DNA from: Dicyema japonicum
Taxonomy: Eukaryota; Animalia; Dicyemida
Length of the DNA: 64,000 bases
Assembly (NCBI GenBank): GCA_011109175.1
Contig: RDEW01000022.1
Location: forward strand, 880,023-944,022
Direction: 5' to 3'
The notes beneath the pieces are model-generated. The model made no database searches, was not told the DNA's origin, and saw only the letters and a program-made list of their open reading frames with translations. The position numbers were made by a program, and so were the translations under genes. Of the stretch, positions 50,761 to 62,322 are shown one piece after another. Numbering within the stretch: position 1 is the stretch's first letter; every line of letters begins with the position of its first letter.

Positions 50761-51759
50761 AGGTGGTGGAAATTTGTAGATAAAGTGATATTTAAAATGG
50801 ACAGCGGGAAAAAAAGGTTAAATTCCACTAGAGGATGGATTTAGTCGGTGTTCTTTGGTCATTCAGACTGTTTGCGCTGGGGCTACCAAAAATCGTACGT
50901 TTGGGTTAATTAAATTCAGATTATCAAAATTAAAAATTATTTAAACACACGATTAGACAGCTAAAACCACATTTGAAATAGTTGAACCACAAAAATGTGA
51001 AAATATTTTTTGATTTTAAAACGTGTTTTATTTAAAATCTTTTTTAAATCTTTTAAAAAATTTATTACTGAAAAAAGTGAGCAATGTTAATATGGTGGCC
51101 TGAATTGAAAATTATTTTGCAGTTTACGGTTTCCGAAGTGGCAACAACCTGAGTCGAGGGAATGGAAAACATGCTCGTTTCCTGACTTGGAAATGTCAAT
51201 TAAATCCAATTCACTTGTTTTGCTGACAAATGGTCTTCGACTCTCTTGAAAACGCAGTATAAACCTTTAACAGAATAACTCACTCGCCTGTAAAAGTATC
51301 CATAAAAATAACAGCCAATAATCCGACAAAATTAATCGACCACCAAACTCGCTGCACATCAATCGCACAATCTCACTTTAACTCAATCAGAGTTACTTTC
51401 ATTTAACTATGATGTATTGCTTGTCTCTACACAGGAAGTTATGGGAGACGTATTTCTATGGAAGGACTGTTAATTTTCAGATCGTAATACGAAAATATAG
51501 TGGATTCCCTGGTTCTTGACAGAACTGGAAAAATGACTCCAACAGGAGAGTGTCGAGAGACATCACCTAATACGGAATCCAAAATAACTGGGATGGAAAG
51601 CAAAAAAACTGAATTTGATATTCTTATATTCAGAGTCATCAATTCCAGCAAATCTAAATTAGTTTCTTTTGCACTCATCATTGAGACGTTGGATGATGAC
51701 CAGGTTAAGTCTCTCATATTACCTAGCAGAGCCTCACATTGATGGAGGCGTTACCACCA

Positions 51760-52690
51760 ACTGCATGGTCACGATCTCGGTTGATATCTGACGCGTCTGG
51801 ATGGATCATAGTTAATGCAACTCTGTATTTTTGCAAATCTCTTAGATCTTGTGGTCTGCAAACCAAGATGTCTTTGCGCTTCCCTGCCGAATTATGGCAA
51901 TTTTAGCATCGTCGCGGACAGCACTTTCATTCTTTAGCAGAAGAGTTTCCATTATGGATAATCTTCACCAGTGGATTTGTCCTGGGAGAATGTAGAAAGA
52001 TTCCTTTCAATACCTTTGTCATGCCAAGAAGAACTCCTCGCCTCACGTCTGGGTCCTGTTTGAAAAGAATTATCAAGACCAAAAGGATAACGTCTGCTTG
52101 TACCGACCAAATCCATCCTTCAATAGTCCATTGCAGGTTTCCGCTTCAAAAGAGAAGTGGAAGTGGTAAAGCAGGTCTTCCATTTTCGTCGCAAGTCCTA
52201 CCGTCGTGGACATTAAACTTCATTCTTTAGCTGGGAGACTTTTCATAATGGATAATCTTCAACATTGGATTTGGCCAGGAGAGGTAGAAAGATGCCTTTC
52301 AATAACTGTGTCGTGTCAGAAGGACAGGTCATCTCACGGGTGGGATCTGGTTGATGAGTATTCCTAATCATCCTCTACGTCATCCCCGACCATAATTTTC
52401 TGTTGCTCGTTAGTTCTCTTAGATAGTCTAGGTCGTCCGCCGTTTCCATTATAATGTTAGATGCTGACCACGCTCTTGTAACACAGTGAATCAGGCCCTG
52501 ATGGACTGCAAATCCGAGACCATAATGTAGGCAGGCCGATGAGAGGATAAAAAGTGGAATTTTCCAAACAGTTCTGTAAATTGTACGGTCGTTTTTGTTT
52601 CTTGTAGACAGAGACGTCGTATTTTTATTAGATCGCATGCCATTTGGTGTTTCTTGTAAGGTTGTTTAAGTCCCCTGCAATTAAAAGATC
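51760..52690 (-). mobile_element. Cluster of short RTE-like LINE fragments
   Basis: HYGLGFAVH (cf. HYGLGFAIH at 53326), ADDLDYLRELTSNRKLW, LLIAGDLN; diverged direct repeat at 51953 and 52246. Confidence 0.65.
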
Positions 52691-53052
52691 CCAGAGTGAA
52701 CGGAGAAGTTATTGTTGAGGTGGTGACGACGCATCTATTGCACTGTCTTATTCGTATTCCTTACCGACTTATGAAATTAAATAAAAACTGAAATAAATAA
52801 AATCTAAGGTTCGTACGTCAATAGTTTGTAAATTAATAATTTATTTTGTAAATTAAAAATAAAATATTTTGAATTATAGAGTAATTTTGGTTGACGTGCT
52901 GACTAGTTAACTGGTATCAATACCTACCTAATATGGACTTTGGGATTACTTAATTTGGCAATAACTCATCTTCTTTCATGTGGTCATTGGGTTAATAAAT
53001 TAAATTGAGGCGATGACGTCCTTTATTTGCACTTAATGCTTCCATCGCCTTT

Positions 53053-56000
53053 TTTTGGTGAGGTGGTGACGTGCCTCGTTTCTTGATTGGATCGCAATTG
53101 AGAAAAATGTCTAAAAGGCAATGGATACAAAGGGATGCATCTCGTCTAAAAGTCCTTACGTTCAATGCTAGAGGCTTATCTACGACCTGGTCGAGGAAGA
53201 TTCTCTGTGATGACCTGGAGAGATACGACGTATCTATTGGGTGTCTACAAGAGACGAAAGTTACTTGTAGCCTTGATGAAAACTTTGGCGAATATCGAAT
53301 TATATGTCAGCCGAGCGACTCAAAACATTATGGACTTGGATTTGCCATCCACTCAAAGTTGACAAGTGCAGTCCACCGTATATGGAGTGTGAATGACAGG
53401 ATCTGTGTTATACAAATCCGGCTAAACGACTTACCTCCTTCGAAGAGCTTTCTGACAATTGTAAATGTTTATGCGCCACACTGCGGGAGAGTAGCGAAAG
53501 ATCCGACAGAACTAGACGACTTCTATTCAACACTGTTACGGACGTACAACGAATATGAGTCGTCATCACTAATACTCATTGCTGGGATTTGAATGCAAAA
53601 GTCGGGATGAAGAATAACCCGGATGATGTTTTCTTGGGAGAACATGGACGTGGAATAAGAAATTTACCCGGGACAATACTTGGTCACTTTTGTATGGCAA
53701 ACAACCTTTTCCTATGCAATACTGCATTTACGCATCCTGCCTGCCACAAAACTACGTGGATGGGGAAGCGAAGGAACTCAGAAGGAAAGCTGGTCCCAAT
53801 ATACAACCAAATCGATTATGTCATATGCCGGGCTAAAGACAAACACCTTCTAGTAAACGCACGTTCATATGAAGGTTCGACGACTGTCAGCGACCACAAG
53901 ATGGTTATTGCGACCTTCACCCTGAAAAAACATGCCATTAAATACAGGAATGCAAAAAATCACGAATTTGAGAAAATCAGAGGCGACTACGCGACTGAAA
54001 GGCTGATTTCTCAACCGGAGACTACTGAGAGATATCAACAATACATTCAGACTAATTTGCAGGACGTATTGGTGGATACCACGCTAGAAGACGCCTGGAA
54101 ACGCACAAAGGACACCATCAACGAAGCTGCTGAAGCATGTCTTGGCAAAAGGGAGAATAGTAAAATGCACCTGAAGGCTATTCATCCAGATGTTCCTGAG
54201 CTTGCGAAAAGTCTAAAAGAAATAAATATGAGAAAATCAAATGCCACTGACACTAATGCGATAAAAGCCCTTCAAGGCGAAAGACAACGTGTCAGAAGAA
54301 AAATAAAGGGTCTGAACAAGAAGCTTTTCATAGAAGAAATAGCCTCCTGTATAGAAGAAGTAAACAAAGTGAAAGACAACGCACAGGTGTACGTCGCTGC
54401 CCGTTTGCTGCGGCGAACAAACCGAAGTCGACTAACCATAAAAGACGAGAACGGTAAGCTGATACTGAACACCAAAGAACAAACTGAAGCCATCGCGGCT
54501 CACTTTGAGAAGCTTTTCAACATCAAAACCATAGAAATCCACCCATTTGATGGAAGGCCAAGACCCCTTAGATACCAATCACGGCCGAGGAAATCAAAAC
54601 GGCCTGCCGAAAACTCAAGAATAACAGAAGCCCCGGACCAGATGCGATAAACCCAGAACTACTGAAATACGGCCCTGACCTCCTTTTTGAAAAAATCGCT
54701 ACACTACTAAATGAAATGTTTTCAACTAACTCAACTCTACCTCTGGGTACGGGACTACTAATCCCCATACAAAAAACTAACAAAAACAGAGGACCGCTCG
54801 AAAATTTGCGACCCATCATACTACTAAATTCATTACGCAAAGTCTTGGCAAACATTGTGCTTGAACGAATAAAAGGACCTGCTTACAAATACCTACCAGA
54901 TAGTCAAAGTGGTTTTCGAGAAGGGAGATCCACAGCTGATGCGGTCTGGAGTCACAGATGGAGGTGTGCAACATATCAAAGATACCGTAACGCCACCAAT
55001 ATTTGGGAATTGACCTATCAAGAGCTTTTGATACGGTTAACAGGAACAAATTAATGGGGGTACTGGGCGGATTTCTTGATGAATCGAGTCTAAGGATGAT
55101 CCGAATTCTACTTTCTAACACTGAGCTCCTTGTGAGAGTCGGAAAAACCTATTCAAGAAAATTTGAAACAAATACGGGCACTCCACAAGGAGACTCTCTT
55201 TCTCCTCTACTATTCACAATTTATTTGGAAGCCGCTATGAGGGAACTTAGACCGTCATACCAAGGAAAGACGGAAGAAGTAATCTACGCGGACGATGTAG
55301 ACCTAATTTCTGAAGACAAAGAGGTCCTGGAAAACCTATTAGAAAAAGCACCAGATGTACTAGGGAAATGGTTTCTTACTGTGAACAGAGAAAACAGAAC
55401 TCACAGAGATAAGAAGGATGAGTAACGTCCTAGAAGAGAAGTGGCGACAAGTAAAGAAACTCGGTTCACTTATGGGAGATAGCGAAGATATTTTATGTAG
55501 GAAAACTCTAGCCAATGCTGCGTTATATAAACTGAAGAATTTATGGCTCAATCAAAAAGGCATCGACACGAAAATGAGAATCCTACTATACGACTCATTC
55601 ATAAAACCCGTACTTTTATATAACGCTGGAACTTGGGCGACCTCATCAGCGGATATGAAAAAACTAGACTCGTTCCACAGAGGTCAGCTGAGAAAAATAA
55701 CAGGAACTACTTGGCCTACGAGAATATCTAGGAATGCTTTATATAAGAGATGCAGCACTAGACCTATCAGCTTAGAAGTACTGGAATCCCGATGGAGGCT
55801 CTTCGGACACGTGCTGAGGATGGAATTAACTTCCCCACCGAACATATCTATGGAAACATACTATGTTAGTCAAGAAGGCCGCTATCGGGAAGACCAAGAA
55901 CAACACTGCCAATAGTCTTACAAAAAGACCTGGTCAGTATAAAAAAAAACCTAACAAATGCCGACGACCTGGACAGCATGAGAGCCTTAGCTAGGAACAG

Positions 56001-56105
56001 GGGAGCATGGAAAAGGATGACATCTAACCTTGTTTCTTTTGCTGCACATGCGGGGCTATAATTAGTATGGCTCTTGTGAAGTGCTTAAATAATATAATAA
56101 TAATA
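53053..56105 (+). mobile_element. Near full-length single-ORF RTE-like LINE (APE + RT), ATG 53107 to TAA 56061, (TAA)n tail, 9-bp TSD
   Basis: TFNARGL, LQETK, NVYAP, GDLNAKVG, NQIDY, SDH (APE); RPIILL, QSGFR, IDLSRAFDTV, GTPQGDSLSP, YADD (RT); ATCGCCTTT at 53044-53052 and 56106-56114. Confidence 0.95.
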
Positions 56106-56637
56106 ATCGCCTTTCAAAGATCTGCACCTTTAACTCTTGGCTAATTCAACGTAGCGAAATTAACGGAGATGCTAAAAGTTAAGTTGTTCACAGATCTTCT
56201 TGAATACGGTGTATCCGTCTGCTGCCTACAGGAGTCTGAAATTAGGCATCAATGCAATATGAAAATAAATGAAGAGAGTTAAAAGTGCCCTATTACTGTA
56301 CCTCCATTTTGGACTTGGTTTCCCTTGTATATGATTTGTAGATGCAATAAGCGTCTGTTGTTCTCAAGTCCTCCTTAGAAACGAATTTGTTTTCTTACTT
56401 TCGGGCAAACTAACATTTGAGTCTTCCCCTTCCACACAGATTCGATGTCTAGATCCTCGAGAGAATCATTGAGGAGGGAAAAAAGATATCCAGTTATGCG
56501 AGCCAACTTATCAGAAAGTTTTTTTAAATTTTAAAAATAAATTTGAAATTTATATTTAATTATATTTTCATTTAATTTTTTTATTGGTTAACACTAAATT
56601 AATAAAATAATAATATCCAAATTAGATTATTATTATA

Positions 56638-57987
56638 ATGAGTTTATCAGTTGTTTGTGACAACGGAACTGGCGTATTCTATATTATAATCCAACTACTT
56701 TAGTACGTCAAATGTGGATATAACACTGAAAACATTCCAAGACATGTTTTCCCATCAGTAGTTGGATTTCCAGTAATCCGTGCTGACGTGAAGCAAGACT
56801 CCAAAGTAAAAATTAAAGTAAGAGTGCTTATAGCATTTATTAAGGACGTCATGGTTGGATGGGAGGCCAGTGACAACAGATCGTACTTGTCACTCAAATA
56901 TCCAATGGAAAACGGAATCATAAGAGACTGGGACTGCATGACCCATCTTTACAATTATACGTTCGGTCCTGATTGCATGAATCTCGACTGCAAAGACACT
57001 CGAATTATGCTGACAGAACCTCCTGGCAATCCCTTAAAAAATAGGCAAAAAATGGCTGAGGTAGTTGTGTGCTAAAACGTAGCTAATGTTCGAAAAATAT
57101 CACTTCCACAGCTTATATGTGGCGATTCAGGCTGTTTTGACTTTGTATGCTCAGGGTAGGCAGTTTATGTAAGGTTAGGACTTTTTACTGGAATCGTGTT
57201 GGATTCTGGGGATGGGGTTACCCACGTGTGTCCTGTTTTTGAAGGCTGTTCTGTCCCAAATGGAATAATGCGTCTTAATTTGGCTGGGAGAGATGTTTCC
57301 TCTCGACTTTTGAAGGTTAGCTTCTTTGCTATTTCAGCTTGTCCAACTGCGGGGTACAATCTTAATAGCAATGCTGACTTCCAAACTGTGGGGGAAATGA
57401 AGGAAAAACTTTGCTATGTAACTTGTGACGCTGAAAAAGAAAGGAAGCTTGCTCAGGAGACTACCTCCGTTCGTGAGAGTTATACCGTAAGAAGGTCCCT
57501 AACTGTTAGTTGCCCGATGGAAGGACTATTTTTGTTGAAGAAGAGCGATTCATGGCCCCGGAATGTTTATTCACCCCTCATTGCTTGATATTGAACAAGG
57601 GGGGATACACGAGTTGTGCTACGACTCCATCAATGTTTATTTTCATGACTTAACAGAAATGTGATATTGATATTCGGCCTCATCTTTATAAAGAAATCAA
57701 CCTTTCCGGGGGGACGACGATGTTACGAGGCTTCCCCTCCCGCCTCGAACGTGAAATTAAGCGCCTCTACCTCGAAAAGATTGGCAAGAACAAGACCGTT
57801 ACAGTAATCATTTATGACGTAAATGTAGAAAATTCCGATTAACATCAAGGATCCACCTTACAGAAAGCACCTAGTCTTCCAGGGTGCTGCCGTACTTTCT
57901 GGAGTCATTCAGAACAATGATATGGCCTGGGTCACTCACAAAGAATACAAGGAGCAGGGAATCTCATGTCTGTCTAAACTGAAATGA
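56638..57987 (+). CDS. ARP2: Actin-related protein 2; 8 introns of 22-30 nt; two apparent 1-nt deletions
   Basis: VVCDNGTG, YPMENGIIRDW, LTEPPGNP, VAIQAVLTLYAQG, DSGDGVTH, SNADFQTV, KLAQETT, SGGTTM..FPSRLERE, IKDPPYRKH. Introns 56674-703, 56818-44, 57061-82, 57156-78, 57316-37, 57487-509, 57635-56, 57804-28. Confidence 0.95.
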
Positions 57988-58904
57988 GGAAAGCACTTAT
58001 ACTGATTAATTATTTATGGGTTAATTTCTTGGTAAATACGCACGGAATATTAATTTTGTTTCCTTATTTTAACTTTTTATAAGGAACAGTTAGTATTCAT
58101 GTTACACAGTGATCGGGTGGGTCTCCTCCTATTACGGACTTTGAGACTCGATGAACAAGTATGAGATTATGTGAGGCCTCTATTGGATAACATAGTTACT
58201 AGTTCTGGTCTTTGGAATAAATTCATTCCTCAGTAGGGCGAAATCACCGTTCCTGTCTTCCATTACTTTCACCTGCCTGGCGTCCAACTGTCTCAATGAA
58301 TCTTAGTGTCCTGGGGACAAAACTTATGAGGTTCAATTGAGACAGTCTAGGAGAAGCACGTAGAGGCGTGATATTGATGCATATATGACGCACATTAAAA
58401 GGCACTTATATGGCTGTAATTATATATTTAATAACTGCCTGGCTATCCATGAAAGTTTTCATTAATAGACTAATATACTCACAGCTTGAAGTCGTGAGTT
58501 TACTTAATGTAGAATGCCCTTATGAATAAAATCTCAATTATTCAGTTCACGTGTGAGATCATGGTGATGATCCTGAGAGAGACTACAAACTCTAGAGAAT
58601 TATATTATTGCTTTAAATAGTCAGAGCCTAAGAGGAACATCGGAGATTCCTCGGGTCTTTTGAAGGACATAAAGATCTCAGTTGGTCAACCGATGTCATA
58701 TTTTGGCCAGTGTTCTTATATGGGATCATTGGGAGGGGGGTTTAATAAAGTCCAATAGAAGAGCCAATTATATGTCGTTCACACGTTAATGTTGGTTTAC
58801 GATTTTTAGAGTAAAAATCAATTCATGGTAATCTCTTTACTATAATCGACTTTACATCATCACTGTTAATAAGGATATATAAAATAACTCTGTGGTCGAT
58901 GATA

Positions 58905-59488
58905 TTAAAAGGAGAAATGGAGGGAGGATTCTTCTTTTGACCGATCTTTGTTGAAACGTAAGGAGCGTTTGGTCCCAGCACAATGGAGTTCATTGAAATA
59001 ATTTCTTGATTGGTCATTATTGTGCTGGTGGCGATCCTTCTGTCTTAGATGGCGCCCAAATGCAAAAACGGTCTCAAAAGTCATTAGCTCTCCTTCACTT
59101 CGATGGATAATTTCTCGGAAAGATCCATACAACTGTACTTCTTGGTAGACATGTGTGCTTGGAAGGACTAATCTCTTTGCGACCATGTATTCCAGGATTA
59201 AAATAGAAATAACGTCAAACAGTAGGATGACTCCAATTCCCGCGCCATCCAACGTTTGTGGTCCACATTGTACGCAGTATAGAACGATAGTGCCCTCACT
59301 AATTTCTGCAGAGAAATTCGATTGGAGATAGGAACTTTTGTACAAATCGGTTTTGTTTTGCCTTTAACATGGACAGGTAAGCAAATTTCCATCTTCCTGA
59401 CAAACGAGGAAGAATCCGGATATATGACTACGTGTCCCAGCTTCCATGAGTAGGGGAATCGGTGAAATGAGTTGCTCCTGCAGAACAT
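58905..59488 (-). CDS. Unidentified candidate gene, head-to-head with EXOC3
   Basis: Two overlapping GC-richer ORFs starting just past a shared AT island, joinable by a 23-nt intron-like segment (59198-59220); no recognisable family. Confidence 0.4.
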
Positions 59489-59509
59489 AGCCAGTTCCTT
59501 CTAAACCGA

Positions 59510-59612
59510 GATATTAATAAATTAAAAAATTCAATAATTATAAAATCAATAGTCTAATTACAATTTAAAATAAAATAAAAAAAAAATAAATTAATATTTA
59601 AAAAAATTATCC
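59510..59612. promoter_or_regulatory. AT-only island, probable bidirectional core promoter
   Basis: Nearly pure A/T stretch between divergent ATGs at 59488 (-) and 59625 (+); similar islands precede PHKA, ERK and ARP2. Confidence 0.5.
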
Positions 59613-59624
59613 GTTGGTTTTTGT

Positions 59625-62322
59625 ATGGCCTGTGAGGAAAACTCAAAAATTGAATTTCAAGCCAAACAAAGCGCACTGGCTTGCATTAAAAATTTATTTC
59701 AAGTAACAACAATCAAAATGTCATAGGACCCAAAGCAACTCGACAAACTCGATCAATTTAGAATCAGAAATGCCCAAAGCCTCGTTCGATCCTTCATTAT
59801 CCTAGAAAAACGTCGAATCCAACTTGAAGAATTTCATTCAATCATACACGACCGACATTCGAACTGCCTTCGACATCATAGAATCTTCCAAGAAGGACTA
59901 CCAAGAGGTCATTAAATGGTTTCTATCGGATTTTAACATAAAGTATCAATTCCATCCACAAACAGTTGAACACTACGCTCATTACCTCGCCAGGATTCGA
60001 TAAACTCGCAGAAGAGCACAAAGAGTACGATAAAGTATAAATTTTGCATTTGCGTAATTAAAAAGTTCCATGAAGCTTTTTGGCTCAGTTTTTGGTTTAA
60101 TGTTTCGTAGCTCAACACTGCCGTTTCTAACGCTGAAATCATAAACAGGGCGTCGACGATGTTCGAGAAAGCTCGAAGCATGATCAAATCTGACAAGTTT
60201 TTACATGCCCACAAGATGTAAAATTTAAATTAATTTAAATTTTTATTTTTTAAATATTATATAATTATTTTTTAGTTTATTAGAACTCGAAAATTGCGGC
60301 CTTAATTCCGTGTCTGATGGTGCCATGGATCATAAGCTATTCAAATTCTTTGAGGATTTGGATGACATAATCGAGGAACTCTATGGGAGTCTGAAAGTCT
60401 GTCTTCGAAGAATGGTTCTTTTTTTGCGGCGATCCCCCTCTTCGGTTGTAACCGCCATTAGAATAATCGAGAGGGAATCCAAGTTAGGATGTTACACCTG
60501 AAAGCCATAGAATCGATTCCAATTTTGAGGAATTGTGTAAGCAGACGAGATTTATGCCAAAGGGAAGGCCAAAGTGTCTTAGAAGGCGATTTTTCGACCT
60601 GATCAAGGAAAACATCGTCCAACGTGTTGAGGGATGTCAACTGGATGACAAGTCTGATAAAATATGGATTCTGAAATATTTGGAGACTCTAGTAACTGTC
60701 ACCAAGGACGATTTGGTGGTTATTCAGGTGATTATCATAGTTACCCCCAGGCATTTGAACATCAGTGTTTTCCCAAAAGCTACCACATTTTTGAAACTTA
60801 CTGCCGATATTACCACAGTGTGTTACGAGACCGGGTTTTCTTATCATCTTACATAGCTAAATGATCTGGTCAAAGAGGTTCAGGGACAACAGCTCTTACC
60901 CTTCATCAATTGGATCGACAAAGCATTGTCGTGTACCTTAGCTGATTTTAGAACCCCTTATTTCTTTGTGGACGTCAAAGTCAAAATGAACTTTGTCCCC
61001 TTGGGCCCTCTGGTAAGCCAAGATGTGATGGATAAGCTCATAAATTTGTAGTCATCACTCTGATTCGTAGATTTTTGAACTTCTTTGCTAATGACGTCAC
61101 TGCCTGCCTGGCTAAGGGGTTGGCTCATGACCAGGATGATTGGCTCTCTTCCAACGAACCGGAGACCAACTCATCTGATAAATTCCAGACTCCTTTATAT
61201 TTCTCTATCATTGCTATTCTTGACCAAAGAGTTTGTCGTCCCCCATATTTGTAGTTGGAACTCATATCGAACCTGGTGAAGTACCCCGTCATTCAAAGAG
61301 CCGTGGAAATCTCTATGGATTCCCTAAACAAGTTTGTTGTGAGCTACAAAAGTATACCTCCTTATCATCTCTAGAGGAAATAACTAACCTCGTCTCGACA
61401 CATTCTCAGAATCGCAGTGTTCCTCCACTCTACACTTTTTACCTCGTTTCCCCCGGTAATTACGCGTTTAGATTGCAAATTGCAATAATCTGGCATTAAT
61501 GACTGAAAACATAAAGAAAATTGCAGTCAAATACTTTCAGTCTTCCGCACTAGTCTTTGAAAATTCACCTGCAGAGGAGAAATTTCTGTCGTTTCAGTCA
61601 AACTGCTCATCTTTGGTCAACTATTGGTAGGTTCTATAAGCATGTTAGCGTACAAGCACTGATTGATGAAATGCTCCTCGACTTGGGAAAATTCCTGCGT
61701 GACCTGTGCACTGACAAATGGTCCCCGATATGTTTTACAGTAGGTTTGGGGATAGACATGATAAAAATGTCTCTGAGATAATTTGTGTGACGATAGAGGA
61801 CTATTCCCAGCATTATTCCAAACTGTGCGACGAGGAGTACTTTTCGCTGCTGGAGAAGCTCAGACAACATATTTTGTTGTCGTATGTGGACGCACTCTGC
61901 TCAAAGTGAAGACTATGATTTGACTTAGAAAAATAAACTGGAAGAATAAGTCTATTCGTATGGACGTCCTGGGGTTGATTGAAGCGGACGCCCTAAGATT
62001 TGAGGAGTTGTTCGAAGAGTTGTTGAAGCCCGAATATCGCCTCACTGCTCCTTCCTTCCACTTTCTTATCGATATTACCAAGCTCTTTAAGCAGCAAGAC
62101 CGGTCCATGATGTTTATTGAAATTTCTGTAGTCTTTGGTCTCATTTTGAAGGAATTCATCGATAAGTATGATGAGATAAATTCTGAGCAAATCGTTAACC
62201 TTGTGTCCATCAGGGATGACTTTAATAAGTCTGCCGTCAGGGATCTCTTCAGAGATACGTTTAAAGAAGATTTTCTTCATAAGCCTAGATCGACCAGTGG
62301 ATTTTTTTCACTAATTTTATGA
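59625..62322 (+). CDS. EXOC3: Exocyst complex component 3 (Sec6); about 17 introns, mostly 22-28 nt, plus 76-nt and 58-nt introns
   Basis: Spliced product contains FLHAHKILLELE, VVTAIRIIERESKID, KQTRFMPKGRPK, DKIWILKYLE, QCFPKSYHIF, IANCNN, ICVTIEDY and LVSIRDD, matching animal Sec6. Confidence 0.92.

Noticed and set aside
53053-53110. HDV-like ribozyme at the LINE 5' end
   Set aside because: Only a short GAGGT/GCCTC hairpin is visible; the nested double pseudoknot could not be built by eye
53071-55915. Bacterial retron, group II intron or DGR reverse transcriptase
   Set aside because: APE domain, TSD and (TAA)n tail identify a eukaryotic LINE, and the context is intron-rich animal DNA
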